64,000 nt of DNA from Candidatus Binatia bacterium (GTDB lineage Bacteria > Desulfobacterota > Binatia > Bin18): NCBI GenBank assembly GCA_963664395.2, contig OY761159.2:2400001-2464000 (forward strand). Reading direction: 5' to 3'. Both the position numbers and the translations under genes were made by a program. The notes under the pieces are model-generated. The model was not told the DNA's origin. It saw only the letters and a program-made list of their open reading frames with translations, and searched no databases. Position 1 is the first letter of the stretch, and each line of letters opens with the position of its first letter. Shown here piece after piece: positions 21,912 through 32,194 of this stretch.

Positions 21912-23272
21912 GCGTTGTTACGCCTAATGAACCGTGGCTGAACGGTTACGCCAACAGGATGGGAGTTGTCTCGTATTCGCAATGTAGCGGCGGAACTGTC
22001 ACCAGATTATTCGACTAGCGGGAAACCAAAGTTCGATGACCTATTGTACCGTCGTGCCGATGGAACTTATCTCCGAATCCGGAAAGATTGACACCACGAT
22101 GTCAGTGCCATTCGTGGACGTGATGGATGGATTGAATACTTTTTGAAGCAGGTTCGACCGTACTTTTCGCTAAGATTACGCCCTGTATGGAAAATGGAAA
22201 AGGTGCATTTGCTTAAGAACCTTCCAACTCGTTACGCAATTTGGCAGTACTCGAATTCCACGTCTTGCCTACTCGCACGCTGTTGATGCTCTCTACTACT
22301 ACACATTCAATACTTTCCGAGCTTACGCTGCGAAATATGTTTGGTGCAGCAGGGCAGTTGCGTGTCATCGAGATTTCTGAAGCTCACACGCCTCTTTCTT
22401 CCTTCCACTGCCGGAACAAGAACGAATTGCCGCGTATCTGGACGCAAGCTGCGCGGCGATTGACGCGGCGGTGGATATAAAACGTCGCCAGATTGAAACG
22501 CTGGACCGCCTCCTTCTTTCCAGCAGTCCAGCAGGCCACAACGCAAGGATTGGAGCCGTGCGAGGAAACGAAGCTATCGGGTATAGATTGGCTTCCTCGA
22601 ATTCCCGCCCATTGGAGCGCGCAACAGATTAAGCGGCGTTGTGAGATACTTCGTGGGAAATTTACCCATCGCCCTAGAAACGACCCGGCGTTTTACGGCG
22701 GTGACTATCCCTTTGTTCAGACCGGAGATATCTCCGCAGCAGAAAAATATATCCGCAGTTACTCCCAAACGCTAAATGAGCTTGGCCTCGGCGTCAGCAA
22801 GATGTTCTCAAAGGGGACACTTGTGATGTCTATTGCTGCCAACGTTGGTGACGTAGCGATCCTCGACTTTGAAGCATGTTTCCCTGACAGTATGGTGGGA
22901 CTCGTGCCAAATCACCATACGCATTTGGATTTTCTCTATTACCTGATGCGCGCCATGAGGGGTATAATGTATCGCTCTGCCGTGCTTACGACGCAGCTCA
23001 ACCTGAACTATGTTCGGATAGGCACTAATTTCGCCCCATTTCCACCGAAGGACGAGCAAGAAAAGATTGCCGAATTCCTGGATGCAAAGTCCGCAGAGAG
23101 CCGCAAGACTAAGGCGATCCTAAACAAGCAAATCGAAACCCTCACCGCCTACCGCAAATCTCTCATTCACGAATGCGTCACCGGCCAGCGTCGGATTTCG
23201 GAGGCGGATGTGCGACGTGTAAGCCAAGATTCGGGGCTGGATCAAGACTTGCTGGTGGAGGCGGGGGTATGA
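21908..23272 (+). pseudogene. hsdS: Type I RM specificity subunit with several frameshifts in its 5' half
   Basis: GTG overlaps the hsdM stop. Fragments ...GWELSRIRNV and PLPEQERIAAYLD precede an intact second TRD ending YRKSLIHECVTG. Confidence 0.8.
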
Positions 23273-23550
23273 GTGTCAGGCCCAAACGAACGGGCAGTCA
23301 GAAACTACGGGCCAGGGCCAAGAAGGCTCAGCCGAGCGTGCCAGTCACGTCGGAACGGTTACTGACCGACCTGCGGGACCTGATTCTGGCCGCTCGCCAG
23401 GACGTAGCGCGGGCGATTGACTCGGGTCTGGTCGCGCTCTATTGGCAGATCGGCCAGCGCATCCGCCAGAATATTCTTCAGGAAGAACGGGCGGAATACG
23501 GTAAGGCGATTGTCGTATCACTGGTACGACAATTAAGCTGGACGCATTGA
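23269..23550 (+). pseudogene. Truncated YhcG/DUF1016 N-terminal fragment
   Basis: LYWQIGQRI...AEYGK...QLSWTH followed by a stop; no PD-(D/E)xK C-terminal domain. Confidence 0.72.
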
Positions 23551-23559
23551 GAAAGCTGT

Positions 23560-26487
23560 TTGATGCCACCTCAGAAAGCTCCGGAACTGACGTTTCAGCA
23601 GCATATCGCCGACTATCTGGTTCGTGAGCATAAATACGACGTACTCGAACAGACCGAGATTACCGATGCTGAACACTGTATCGTTGAGGGGCATCTCTGG
23701 AAATTCCTTCAGGCTACCCAGGCCGACACGCTCCAAAAACTCACAGACGACTATGGGACGGACGCACGGGAAGAGGCATTCCGGGCTCTGCGGAAAGAAC
23801 TTGAGCACACACCACTCTGGATGATCCTGCGGCGTGGCCTCCAGGTCCGGGGACTGGAGTTTCATCTTTACTACCCGAAGCCGAGATCGACCGAGAGCGT
23901 TGCCACGAAGAAGCACGCCGGAAACCGCATCACCTTTCGTCCTCACTTCTACTTTGGCGAGACGAATCAGGAAATTGACTTTGTCTTCTTCCTCAACGGT
24001 CTGCCCATCGTCGCCCTGGAAGTCAAACACGAGAAGAACCAGAACGTGCATAACGCCGTAGCCCAATTTGCCGCACGCGACCATACCAAGCGAATCTTTC
24101 GGTATCCCTTCCTCTATCTGGCCGCGGATACAAGCGAGGTCATGGCTGCAAGCGACCCACGCCGGGCCGAGAACTTTCGCTGGCATAATATGGGGCTGAC
24201 AAATGTTCCGCAGAACCCGAACGAATATCCGGTCGAGTTTCTCCATCGGGAAGTTTTATCGAAGGATCACTTATTGGAGATGCTCTCGTTCTTTCTCATT
24301 CGTGTGCCAAAATACGAGGCGGACGACGAGCATCCGGAACGTACAGCCTTCACGATTCTGCCGCGTTATCACCAGAGCCGCATGGTGCGTAAGGTCGCCG
24401 ACGATGTATCCGCGCACTTCGCTGCGACCGGCGACATCGGACGCAAGTATCTGATCGACCATTCTGCCGGTAGCGGCAAGACGCTGTCTATCTGCTGGCT
24501 GGCCGACCGGCTGCACAGCCTGTTCAAGCCGGGAACGAACGACAAGCTGGTGGATATCGTCTTCATTCTTACTGACCGGAAATCGCTCGATACGAATATC
24601 CGCCAGGACATCGAGAAGTTCTCACACTTGCGAGATGTCGTTGGCATTGCCACGAAGGCTAATGACCTGCCGCGCTTTCTGAAAGAACGCACATCCATCA
24701 TTGTGACAACACAACAGAAGTTCGTCTGGGTGCTGGAGGAATTGGAAAACATTCCCAATTTGCAGGCCCTCCGGGTGGCGTTTCTTATTGACGAAGCCCA
24801 CCGCTCGCAGGAAGGTCAGATGGGCGCGGCTATTCATGTACCCTTTCGTCAGTCCAACGCCCCTGACAGCGAAGACGCCGAAGACAACCAAGACGAAGAA
24901 GAGAAGATCGCCGAGATTATCCGTGCGCACGACCGAAACCAACTCTTTGTCGCCTTCACCGCCACACCTGCGCCAGCCACGGTGACGCTGTTTGGTTCGC
25001 CGTTCGATACGTATACCGAGGCTGAGGCAATCGCTGAAGGCTACATCGTTGATGTGGCGTCAAGTATCATCTCCTACAAGACGCTCTACAATTTGTACTG
25101 CCCTATCGTGCCAAAGGTGGACGAGGAAAAACTCTATCCGAAAGGCGTTGTAGCAAAGGCGCTCCAGAACGTCGCCTACCAGGACGATGGGCTCATTCAG
25201 TACAAGGCGGAGGTGCTGCTCCGTATTTTCGAGAAAGACGTCCGCCCGCTCATCAACGGGCGCGCCAAAGCAATGATTGTGGCGACCTCCCGCGTTGCCG
25301 GGCTGCGCTATTTCAGCATCATCAAGGAGAAGCTTAAGGAGCGTGGCGCCGACTATAAGGTGCTGTACGCCTTCTCGGACTTTGTGCAGCCGGAAACCAA
25401 TGAATCAATCCGGGAACATGCGCTCAACGAGCTGAAGGACGGCGAACTGATCGAGGACCGATTTGAGGGTGACGCTTATCGGCTGATGATCGTCGCGAAC
25501 AAGTTTCAAACGGGTTTTGACCAACCGCTGCTTGCCGGCATGTTTCTCGATAAGCCTGTTGTGGACCGCAATGCAGTGCAGACGGTATCGCGGCTGAACC
25601 GCTGCCACGAGGGGAAAAAGGCTGTCGTGGTGGTGGACTTCACCAACAACGCCACAGCCATACTGAAGGCGTTCGCCAAGTACCGAAAGGGAACACCGTT
25701 CGAGCCCGACGAGCCGGACTGGGAATTATGCGTTAGATTGCGTCAGGAAATCCTTGCGGTGGGCGTTTTCACGCAGAACGATGTCGCCAATCTTGTCAAT
25801 CAGTTGACAGCGGGAACGGATGCCCAAGTCCAATTCACTGTGAACGCCCTGCGGGTGCGGTTCCAGGAACAGCTTCCCTCGCTTGAGGAGCGTAAGACGT
25901 TCGTCTATCGACTGGCTCGTTTCGTTCAGAGCTTTTATTTCCTGACCCGCTTTTTCACCTATCCCGATGACGTGAAAGAGTTTGCCACCTTCGCGGAATA
26001 CGTCGGGCCACAACTCATCAAGCAAGGCCCCGTTTCCGAACTGATGAAGCAGATTCGCCAAACGGAGGTTGTGAAGGCGGCAGTCGAATACCAGGGCGAG
26101 GTGCGGAGTGGCGGCGAGGTGACGCTCAAACCTGGTACAGGAAAGAAGGGATCAGGCTTACCACCGGAAAAAGTCTCCGTACAAGACATGATTGAGGAGA
26201 TACGGGCGCAGTTCGACATCAGTGACGAGGAGGCGCTGTACATCAAGCAGGTCGTTGAGGAGAAGGCCATTGATCCCGGCATTCGCCTCACGGTCCATGC
26301 CCACCGCGAGGATAAGGTCTATCTCGAAGGCTCGTATCGTGGCCAAGTGAACAGCGAGATACAAGACAGTTATGAAGAACTCGCTCGATATGAAGAACTC
26401 GCTGACCCTCAATATATCGACACGGGTGGGATTTTCGACATCATGGCAGTGACTGTGATTCAGAGCCATTTGAGGGAAGCAGCGTAA
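23560..26487 (+). CDS. hsdR: Type I restriction endonuclease subunit R (second system)
   Basis: NGLPIVALEVK, HSAGSGKT, DEAHRSQ, FTATP, KFQTGFDQP, QTVSRLNR. Confidence 0.95.
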   Translation: MMPPQKAPELTFQQHIADYLVREHKYDVLEQTEITDAEHCIVEGHLWKFLQATQADTLQKLTDDYGTDAREEAFRALRKELEHTPLWMILRRGLQVRGLEFHLYYPKPRSTESVATKKHAGNRITFRPHFYFGETNQEIDFVFFLNGLPIVALEVKHEKNQNVHNAVAQFAARDHTKRIFRYPFLYLAADTSEVMAASDPRRAENFRWHNMGLTNVPQNPNEYPVEFLHREVLSKDHLLEMLSFFLIRVPKYEADDEHPERTAFTILPRYHQSRMVRKVADDVSAHFAATGDIGRKYLIDHSAGSGKTLSICWLADRLHSLFKPGTNDKLVDIVFILTDRKSLDTNIRQDIEKFSHLRDVVGIATKANDLPRFLKERTSIIVTTQQKFVWVLEELENIPNLQALRVAFLIDEAHRSQEGQMGAAIHVPFRQSNAPDSEDAEDNQDEEEKIAEIIRAHDRNQLFVAFTATPAPATVTLFGSPFDTYTEAEAIAEGYIVDVASSIISYKTLYNLYCPIVPKVDEEKLYPKGVVAKALQNVAYQDDGLIQYKAEVLLRIFEKDVRPLINGRAKAMIVATSRVAGLRYFSIIKEKLKERGADYKVLYAFSDFVQPETNESIREHALNELKDGELIEDRFEGDAYRLMIVANKFQTGFDQPLLAGMFLDKPVVDRNAVQTVSRLNRCHEGKKAVVVVDFTNNATAILKAFAKYRKGTPFEPDEPDWELCVRLRQEILAVGVFTQNDVANLVNQLTAGTDAQVQFTVNALRVRFQEQLPSLEERKTFVYRLARFVQSFYFLTRFFTYPDDVKEFATFAEYVGPQLIKQGPVSELMKQIRQTEVVKAAVEYQGEVRSGGEVTLKPGTGKKGSGLPPEKVSVQDMIEEIRAQFDISDEEALYIKQVVEEKAIDPGIRLTVHAHREDKVYLEGSYRGQVNSEIQDSYEELARYEELADPQYIDTGGIFDIMAVTVIQSHLREAA

Positions 26488-26491
26488 CGAC

Positions 26492-27154
26492 ATGTCCAAA
26501 GGCATCAACAACATTCCCGCCCATGACCGTCCACGCGAGAAGTTGCTACGCAAAGGGGCAGCCGCACTAAGCGACCAGGAATTGTTGGCAGTGTTACTCG
26601 GTAAGGGTACGCCTGGGATGGACGTGATGACGCTCGCCGGTAAGCTGGCTCGGGTCATTGATGAGAAAGGGCTCGGTGTACATGCCGAGGACCTGACCAG
26701 TTTTAGTGGTGTGGGTGACGCGAAAGCGACCTTGATCCTGGCGGCAATTGAATTTGCCCGGCGACGCATCAAGCCGGAAGGAGCAAAAATTGAGACACCC
26801 GCTGACCTGCTGCCCCACGTGCGTCATTACGCCGACCGCAGGCAGGAGCATTTCCTTTGCGCCAGCATCAATGGGGCAAACGAAATTCTGAACATTCGCG
26901 TCGTCTCCATCGGTCTGGTCGACCGGACGCCTGTCCATCCGCGTGAGGTATTTGCCGAGGCATTATCCGACCGTGCCTCCGCGATCATCGTTGCTCATAA
27001 TCATCCGAGTGGCGGCCTGGAGCCTTCGGCTTCCGATGTTGAAGTGACCGGACAGCTCAAGGCGGCAGGAGTCGTAATGGGCATCAGCCTTTTAGACCAC
27101 ATCATTTTTAATCAGCGCGGGTACTTCAGCTTTCTCGAAGCGGGGCAGCTATAG
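26492..27154 (+). CDS. radC: RadC family JAB-domain protein
   Basis: RPREKL, VHPREVF, HNHPSG...PS..D, LLDHII. Confidence 0.95.
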   Translation: MSKGINNIPAHDRPREKLLRKGAAALSDQELLAVLLGKGTPGMDVMTLAGKLARVIDEKGLGVHAEDLTSFSGVGDAKATLILAAIEFARRRIKPEGAKIETPADLLPHVRHYADRRQEHFLCASINGANEILNIRVVSIGLVDRTPVHPREVFAEALSDRASAIIVAHNHPSGGLEPSASDVEVTGQLKAAGVVMGISLLDHIIFNQRGYFSFLEAGQL

Positions 27155-27314
27155 ATATTCCTGGTATTCTTCAGTAGCGGGCATTGGAGCGGGGCTGAAG
27201 AGCTATGGATCAAAGGGCAGGTGCTGTCTGATTTGAGAGAGTCGGGTTTAACCGACAAGTTTGACTCGTGTTAGGAGGCAGGATATCCGTTTCATTAAGA
27301 AGAGGGGGAGAGAG

Positions 27315-27845
27315 ATGCCAAAACAAATCCGCCGAATTGTGACCGGCCACAATGCTGAAGGAAAATCGGTCATTGCTGAAGATGCCGTTGCCACGAGCAT
27401 TCTAGATCTCGAAGCAGTGCCGGGACTGCGAGCCACTGATCTATGGGAGACGACAACTGCGCCTGCTGACCTGTCCGGTGATGCCGACCCGGTTGATCGT
27501 CCTATGCATTTGGAACCTCGGCCGACCGGGACAATCTGCCGCGTCGTCGAGTTTCCGCCTGATGCGGCCTGGCAAGACCGGATTGATGCGAGCGAAGTCT
27601 TTTCCTCCATGGAGGCGGGTCATGCCGCCGATGCTACCAGCTCGAACCCGATGATGCATAAAACCGCCTCAGTAGACTACGCCATCGTCCTGTCAGGTGA
27701 GATATGGGCGGTCATGGAAGAAGGTGAAACTTGCATGCAGGCCGGGGATGTCCTCATCCAGCGGGCGACCAATCATGCCTGGAGTAATCGTTCAGCCGAG
27801 CCAGCTCTGGTGGCTTTCGTTTTGGTTGGAGCACAATCCGGGTAA
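27315..27845 (+). CDS. Cupin domain protein
   Basis: RRIVTGH, MHKTASVDY, GDVLIQRATNHAWSN. Confidence 0.88.
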   Translation: MPKQIRRIVTGHNAEGKSVIAEDAVATSILDLEAVPGLRATDLWETTTAPADLSGDADPVDRPMHLEPRPTGTICRVVEFPPDAAWQDRIDASEVFSSMEAGHAADATSSNPMMHKTASVDYAIVLSGEIWAVMEEGETCMQAGDVLIQRATNHAWSNRSAEPALVAFVLVGAQSG

Positions 27846-27968
27846 ATAGAGGCGCTGCCGCTAGAGGCTGAACAGCATTCTTCAAGGGCTTGAATTGCGA
27901 GGCAGGTGTAAACCCTTGACGCTGTCCCTCCAGGCTGTGTAGACATCAGAAGACAGCCGGGAGGGGAG

Positions 27969-29021
27969 ATGCGGTTCACATCCGAGCAGATTGACGTTGA
28001 CGATTACCACGCTGCGGTTGAGCTGTTCTTTGAGCGCGGCTGGACCGACGGTTTGGCTATTGTTCCGCCGACCGAAGAACTGGTTGCGGCCATGATCGCG
28101 GCCTCGGGACGTAAGCCGCACGAGGAATTGGGTGAGATCCCCCCGGCGCAAGGTATCGCCACGATTGAAAAGCTGGCGATTAATAGTGTCATGGCCGGCT
28201 GCCGGCCCGAGTATTTCCCGGTTATCATTGCTGCGGTCGAGGCCCTGCTGGAGCCCGAGCACAATCTGAACGGCGTCCAAACAACCACCCACTGCTGTGT
28301 CCCCTTAACCATTGTCCACGGCCCGATTGCGACCCAACTCAAGCTCAACGCCAGCGATGGGGTGTTTGGCAACGGCTTTCGGGCAAATGGGACCATTGGC
28401 CGCGCCATCCGTCTGATTCTGTGGAATCTGGGCGGGAGCATTCCGGGCGAGGTGGATAAGTCAACCCAGGCCCACCCCGGCAAGTGGAGCTTCTGCATTG
28501 CGGAAAAGGAAGAGGCAAACCCCTGGGAGCCGATGCACGTGGAGCGCGGCGTCGAAGCCGGCAAAAACGCGGTGACCGTGTTTAGCTGTGAGGCCCCCCA
28601 CTCGGTGTTATGCTACGGCACGGTCAAACAGATGCTGGCGTCACTGGTCAGCTCGCTCAGCGGCTTGGGCAGTAATAATGTCCAAGCCATGGGGGAAACG
28701 CTGGTTGTGCTGAATCCCTGGCAAGCGCGGCAGTTTCATCGGGAGGGTTGGTCCAAGCCTGAGATTCGGGTGTATCTATGGGAGCACGCGCGGGCCAGAC
28801 TGGGGGACATTCGGGCCGTGGACGCCCTGGGGATATCGGACCAGTTCTGGCCGAGCTGGGTGGAGAAGGATAATGACGACTACCGGGTGCCCATTACCGA
28901 ACGACCGCGGAATATCCATATTGTCGTCGCCGGAGGAGAGACGTATTTCGCGGCGGTCTGTCCGGGTTGGGGTGGACTCGGTGGATTTGCCGTGACGAAG
29001 GAAATTCGACAGATTCAGTGA
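27969..29021 (+). CDS. Conserved uncharacterised protein, partner of the UGSC-family protein
   Basis: GWTDGLAIVPPT, EKLAINSVMAGC.P, RANGTIGRA; AGGGGAG RBS; directly upstream of the UGSC gene. Confidence 0.8.
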   Translation: MRFTSEQIDVDDYHAAVELFFERGWTDGLAIVPPTEELVAAMIAASGRKPHEELGEIPPAQGIATIEKLAINSVMAGCRPEYFPVIIAAVEALLEPEHNLNGVQTTTHCCVPLTIVHGPIATQLKLNASDGVFGNGFRANGTIGRAIRLILWNLGGSIPGEVDKSTQAHPGKWSFCIAEKEEANPWEPMHVERGVEAGKNAVTVFSCEAPHSVLCYGTVKQMLASLVSSLSGLGSNNVQAMGETLVVLNPWQARQFHREGWSKPEIRVYLWEHARARLGDIRAVDALGISDQFWPSWVEKDNDDYRVPITERPRNIHIVVAGGETYFAAVCPGWGGLGGFAVTKEIRQIQ

Positions 29022-29029
29022 GGTGTAAC

Positions 29030-29626
29030 ATGCGTGTACTCAGCCCCGTCGGAGTCCGACGGCAATTTGCAGAAAAGAAAGTCGATAATCACGCTGAGGG
29101 CTGTGTGATTGGACTAGTGAACAATGGCTTTGGCAATGAGATCGCCGGGATGTTTTTTGAACGACTCAAGGAACTCTTAGAGGCGAAGCCGGTCGTGAGC
29201 GAGGTGTCGATCTGGCGCAAGCCGGTGTTTACCCGTCCTTCGCCCGAGCAGTTGATTGACGAGGTTGCCGCCGCAGCGCAGCAGGCTGTTGTCGGCCTGT
29301 GTGCCTGAGGGTCGTGTACGTCGGGCTGTATGCTCGACTCGGCAAAACTGTGGAAGCGGGGCGTGCGCGCCGTTGCCGTGACGTTTGATACGTTCCTGGT
29401 TGCGGCCCAAGATCAAGCCAAAGCCATGGCCATGCCGGATATTCCCATCGTGGTCATCCCGCACATCAAGGCCGGGGAAAAGCCTGAAGACTTTCGGGGT
29501 CGCGCCGAAGAAGCACTGGCCGAGATTGCCGCGCATCTGGAACTGGACGGACCGCAGTTGCAACCCGCTGCGTCCAGGGTAATAGAGAGCGGACGAGAGG
29601 AGAGAGTAGTCCATGCCGAAACTTGA
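29030..29626 (+). CDS. UGSC-family selenoprotein (in-frame UGA at 29306-29308 read as Sec)
   Basis: ORF-track pieces 28967-29308 and 29330-29626 share a frame; read-through gives VGLCA-U-GSCTSGC. A hairpin at 29311-29338 follows the UGA. Confidence 0.85.
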
Positions 29627-30005
29627 AATCGTTGATCCCTGGGGCTTTGACCAGCGCTATACGTTCTCGCCCGCGGTGCGCAAAGGCAATCTGTTGTTTA
29701 TTTCCGGTTTGACCGCGTTCAACGCCAAGGGAGAAATTGTTGGCGAAGGCGACATTGTGACCCAGACGCGCGAGATCTTTCAGAAGATCGGCAAGATTCT
29801 GGACGCCGCCGGAGCGAGCTTTGACGATATTGTGAAGACCGTGGACTACATCACCACCAAGGAAGGCTATCGCGGTACGGCCGAGGTCCGTCGCGAGTTT
29901 TTCAAAAACGGTTTCCCCGCGGCAACCGGGATAGTGGTCAAAGAGCTGCTGCGCCCGGAAGCGCTCATAGAAATTGATGCGATTGCCGTACTGGATGAGA
30001 AGTAG
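29613..30005 (+). CDS. RidA/YjgF family protein
   Basis: FSPAVR.G.LLFISG, FPAATGIVV..L..PEALIEIDAIA. Confidence 0.9.
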   Translation: MPKLEIVDPWGFDQRYTFSPAVRKGNLLFISGLTAFNAKGEIVGEGDIVTQTREIFQKIGKILDAAGASFDDIVKTVDYITTKEGYRGTAEVRREFFKNGFPAATGIVVKELLRPEALIEIDAIAVLDEK

Positions 30006-30470
30006 ATGACAACCAAATACTTTGAAGATTTCGCGCTGGGCGAGGTGTTTCGCTCGCCGGCCAAGACCCTGACCGACGCCCATTTTCTGTTCTTCGCCGG
30101 CATGACGGGCGATAACCATTCGATTCACTATGACGACGAGTACGCCAAGGCCACGCGCTTCGGCAAACGGGTCACGCACGGCTTGTTGGTCACATCTATG
30201 GGCGCGTTGGGCGCGTCCGCACTGTCGCCGCTGGTCGAAGAGTCGATGGTGGCCTTTCTGGAGCAGTCTTCCCGATTTCTCAAACCGGTCCTGATTGGCG
30301 ATACCATCCGACCGGAGCTTGAGGTCAGCGAGCTCATCCCCAAGACCGAGGTCGGCGTCCTGCGGCTCAAAACGCGTATCACCAATCAACGCGATGAAGT
30401 CGTGCTTGAGGGCACGCATGCCTATCTGATCAAGAAGCGGCCGCAGACCGAGCAAGCGTCTCGTCCGTGA
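30006..30470 (+). CDS. MaoC family dehydratase
   Basis: FAGMTGDNHSIH, FGKRVTHG, FLKPVLIGDT. Confidence 0.9.
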   Translation: MTTKYFEDFALGEVFRSPAKTLTDAHFLFFAGMTGDNHSIHYDDEYAKATRFGKRVTHGLLVTSMGALGASALSPLVEESMVAFLEQSSRFLKPVLIGDTIRPELEVSELIPKTEVGVLRLKTRITNQRDEVVLEGTHAYLIKKRPQTEQASRP

Positions 30471-30485
30471 AAAAAGGAGAGCCTC

Positions 30486-32171
30486 ATGGCCTACGATGTC
30501 GTGCTCAAAGGGGGAACCGTTATCGACGGAACCGGACGGGAGCGGTTTGCCGCAGACGTAGCGCTGAGCGGAGATCGGATTGCGGCGGTTGAGGCCAACA
30601 TTCCGTCACATCAGGCGGCCACCAGCCTCGACATTGGCGGGCTGATCGTGTGCCCCGGGTTTATCGACCATCATACCCATTACGACGCCCAGATTCTCTG
30701 GGACCCGCTGGCAACCTGTTCGTCCTGGCACGGGGTGACTTCCATTATCATGGGTAACTGCGGGGTTGGTCTGGCTCCGTGCAAGCCCGCCGACCGGGAA
30801 GCCCTGGTGGGTGATCTGGTCAATGTTGAGGGCATGTCACTGGAAGTGCTGCAACGCGGGGTTGACTGGTCCTGGCAGGGCTTTGACGAATACCTCAATG
30901 CAATCGGCCAGCGCGGGCTGGGTATGAACGTCGGCATGATGCTGCCGCTCTCGCCGTTGCGCCAGTATGTGCTCGGAGAGGAGAGCAAGGAGCGGGCGGC
31001 AACGGAGGCCGAGATTCGACAACTCAGCGGGCTCTTCCAGGCGGCTATGGACGCCGGCGCCTTTGGTTTTTCCACAACCGTCTTACCCCAGCACCTGGGG
31101 TTTCAGGGCCGACCGTTACCGTGCCGGATGGCCAGCCGCGACGAATTGACGGCCTTGTCCGGCGTGCTCAAAAAACTCGGCCGGGGGAGTATCGAGATTG
31201 CCCTGACGCGCAGTCCGGGGTCTTTGTCTGATGACGAATATGACCTGCTGACCTTTCTGCTGTTACACAGTGAACGGCCGGTGACGTGGCTGGGACTGCT
31301 GCAAAAGCCGGAGGCGTCACCCGATGCCTGGAAGGCTGCGGTCAATCGGGTGGTGCCGCTGTTTGACCGGGGCTATCTGCCGCTGGGGCAGGTGCCGTGC
31401 CATTACAAGAGTGCCCGCTTCAGTCTGAAGCGCCCGTTTATCTTTGGCAATTTCGATTGCTGGAAGCCGATCTTCGACCGACCCTTGGACGAGCAGCAGC
31501 GTATGTGTGCCGACCCTGCCTTTCGGGCCGCGTTTCGTGCAGAGCTGAAACAGCCGCGTATTTTCACCGGACAGTGGGAGCAGCTGAGCGTGTTCACGGT
31601 CAACAAGCCGGAGTTGCAACCCCTGCTGGACAAGAGCCTGGCCAGCCTGAGCCGCGAGCGAGGGAAAGACCCGCTTGAGTTGTTTTTTGAGCTGGCCCTC
31701 AACGACGATCTGGACATGCAGTTCTTGTACGAGTTCGGAGAGGTCAATGGAGACATGCTCACCCATCCGCATACCCTGGTCGGTTTGTCCGATGGCGGGG
31801 CACACGCCGATATGCGCTGTGAGGCGGGCTACTCGACCTATCTGCTCGGAACGCTGGTACGCGACAAACAGATGTTGCCGCTCGAAGAGGCTATCCGTAA
31901 GTTGACGTCCGTGCCCGCCCAGGTTTTTGGCGTCCCACTGCGCGGGACGGTCGCTGCGGGCATGATCGCCGACCTGGTGGTCTTCGATCCCGAGAGCGTC
32001 AACTGCGGCAAACAGGAGCCGGTGCACGATTTCCCCGGTGGCGGACTGCGCTACATCGAAAAATCGACCGGCATTGCGCATACGCTCCTGAACGGCCAGG
32101 TGCTGTTCTCAGACGGACAGCAGACCGGCCCACTGTCCGGCCGCGTGCTGCGCTCGAACGTGGAGGCGTGA
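30486..32171 (+). CDS. N-acyl-D-amino-acid deacylase family amidohydrolase
   Basis: PGFIDHHTHYD, HGVTS...GNCG, SDGGAH, ADLVVFDP. Confidence 0.9.
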   Translation: MAYDVVLKGGTVIDGTGRERFAADVALSGDRIAAVEANIPSHQAATSLDIGGLIVCPGFIDHHTHYDAQILWDPLATCSSWHGVTSIIMGNCGVGLAPCKPADREALVGDLVNVEGMSLEVLQRGVDWSWQGFDEYLNAIGQRGLGMNVGMMLPLSPLRQYVLGEESKERAATEAEIRQLSGLFQAAMDAGAFGFSTTVLPQHLGFQGRPLPCRMASRDELTALSGVLKKLGRGSIEIALTRSPGSLSDDEYDLLTFLLLHSERPVTWLGLLQKPEASPDAWKAAVNRVVPLFDRGYLPLGQVPCHYKSARFSLKRPFIFGNFDCWKPIFDRPLDEQQRMCADPAFRAAFRAELKQPRIFTGQWEQLSVFTVNKPELQPLLDKSLASLSRERGKDPLELFFELALNDDLDMQFLYEFGEVNGDMLTHPHTLVGLSDGGAHADMRCEAGYSTYLLGTLVRDKQMLPLEEAIRKLTSVPAQVFGVPLRGTVAAGMIADLVVFDPESVNCGKQEPVHDFPGGGLRYIEKSTGIAHTLLNGQVLFSDGQQTGPLSGRVLRSNVEA

Positions 32172-32194
32172 GATTGTTAAAAAGTGAGTGATGT

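Noticed and set aside
19880-27260. RM-2/radC block as a defined integrative element
   Set aside because: No integrase, transposase, tRNA or flanking direct repeats could be seen.
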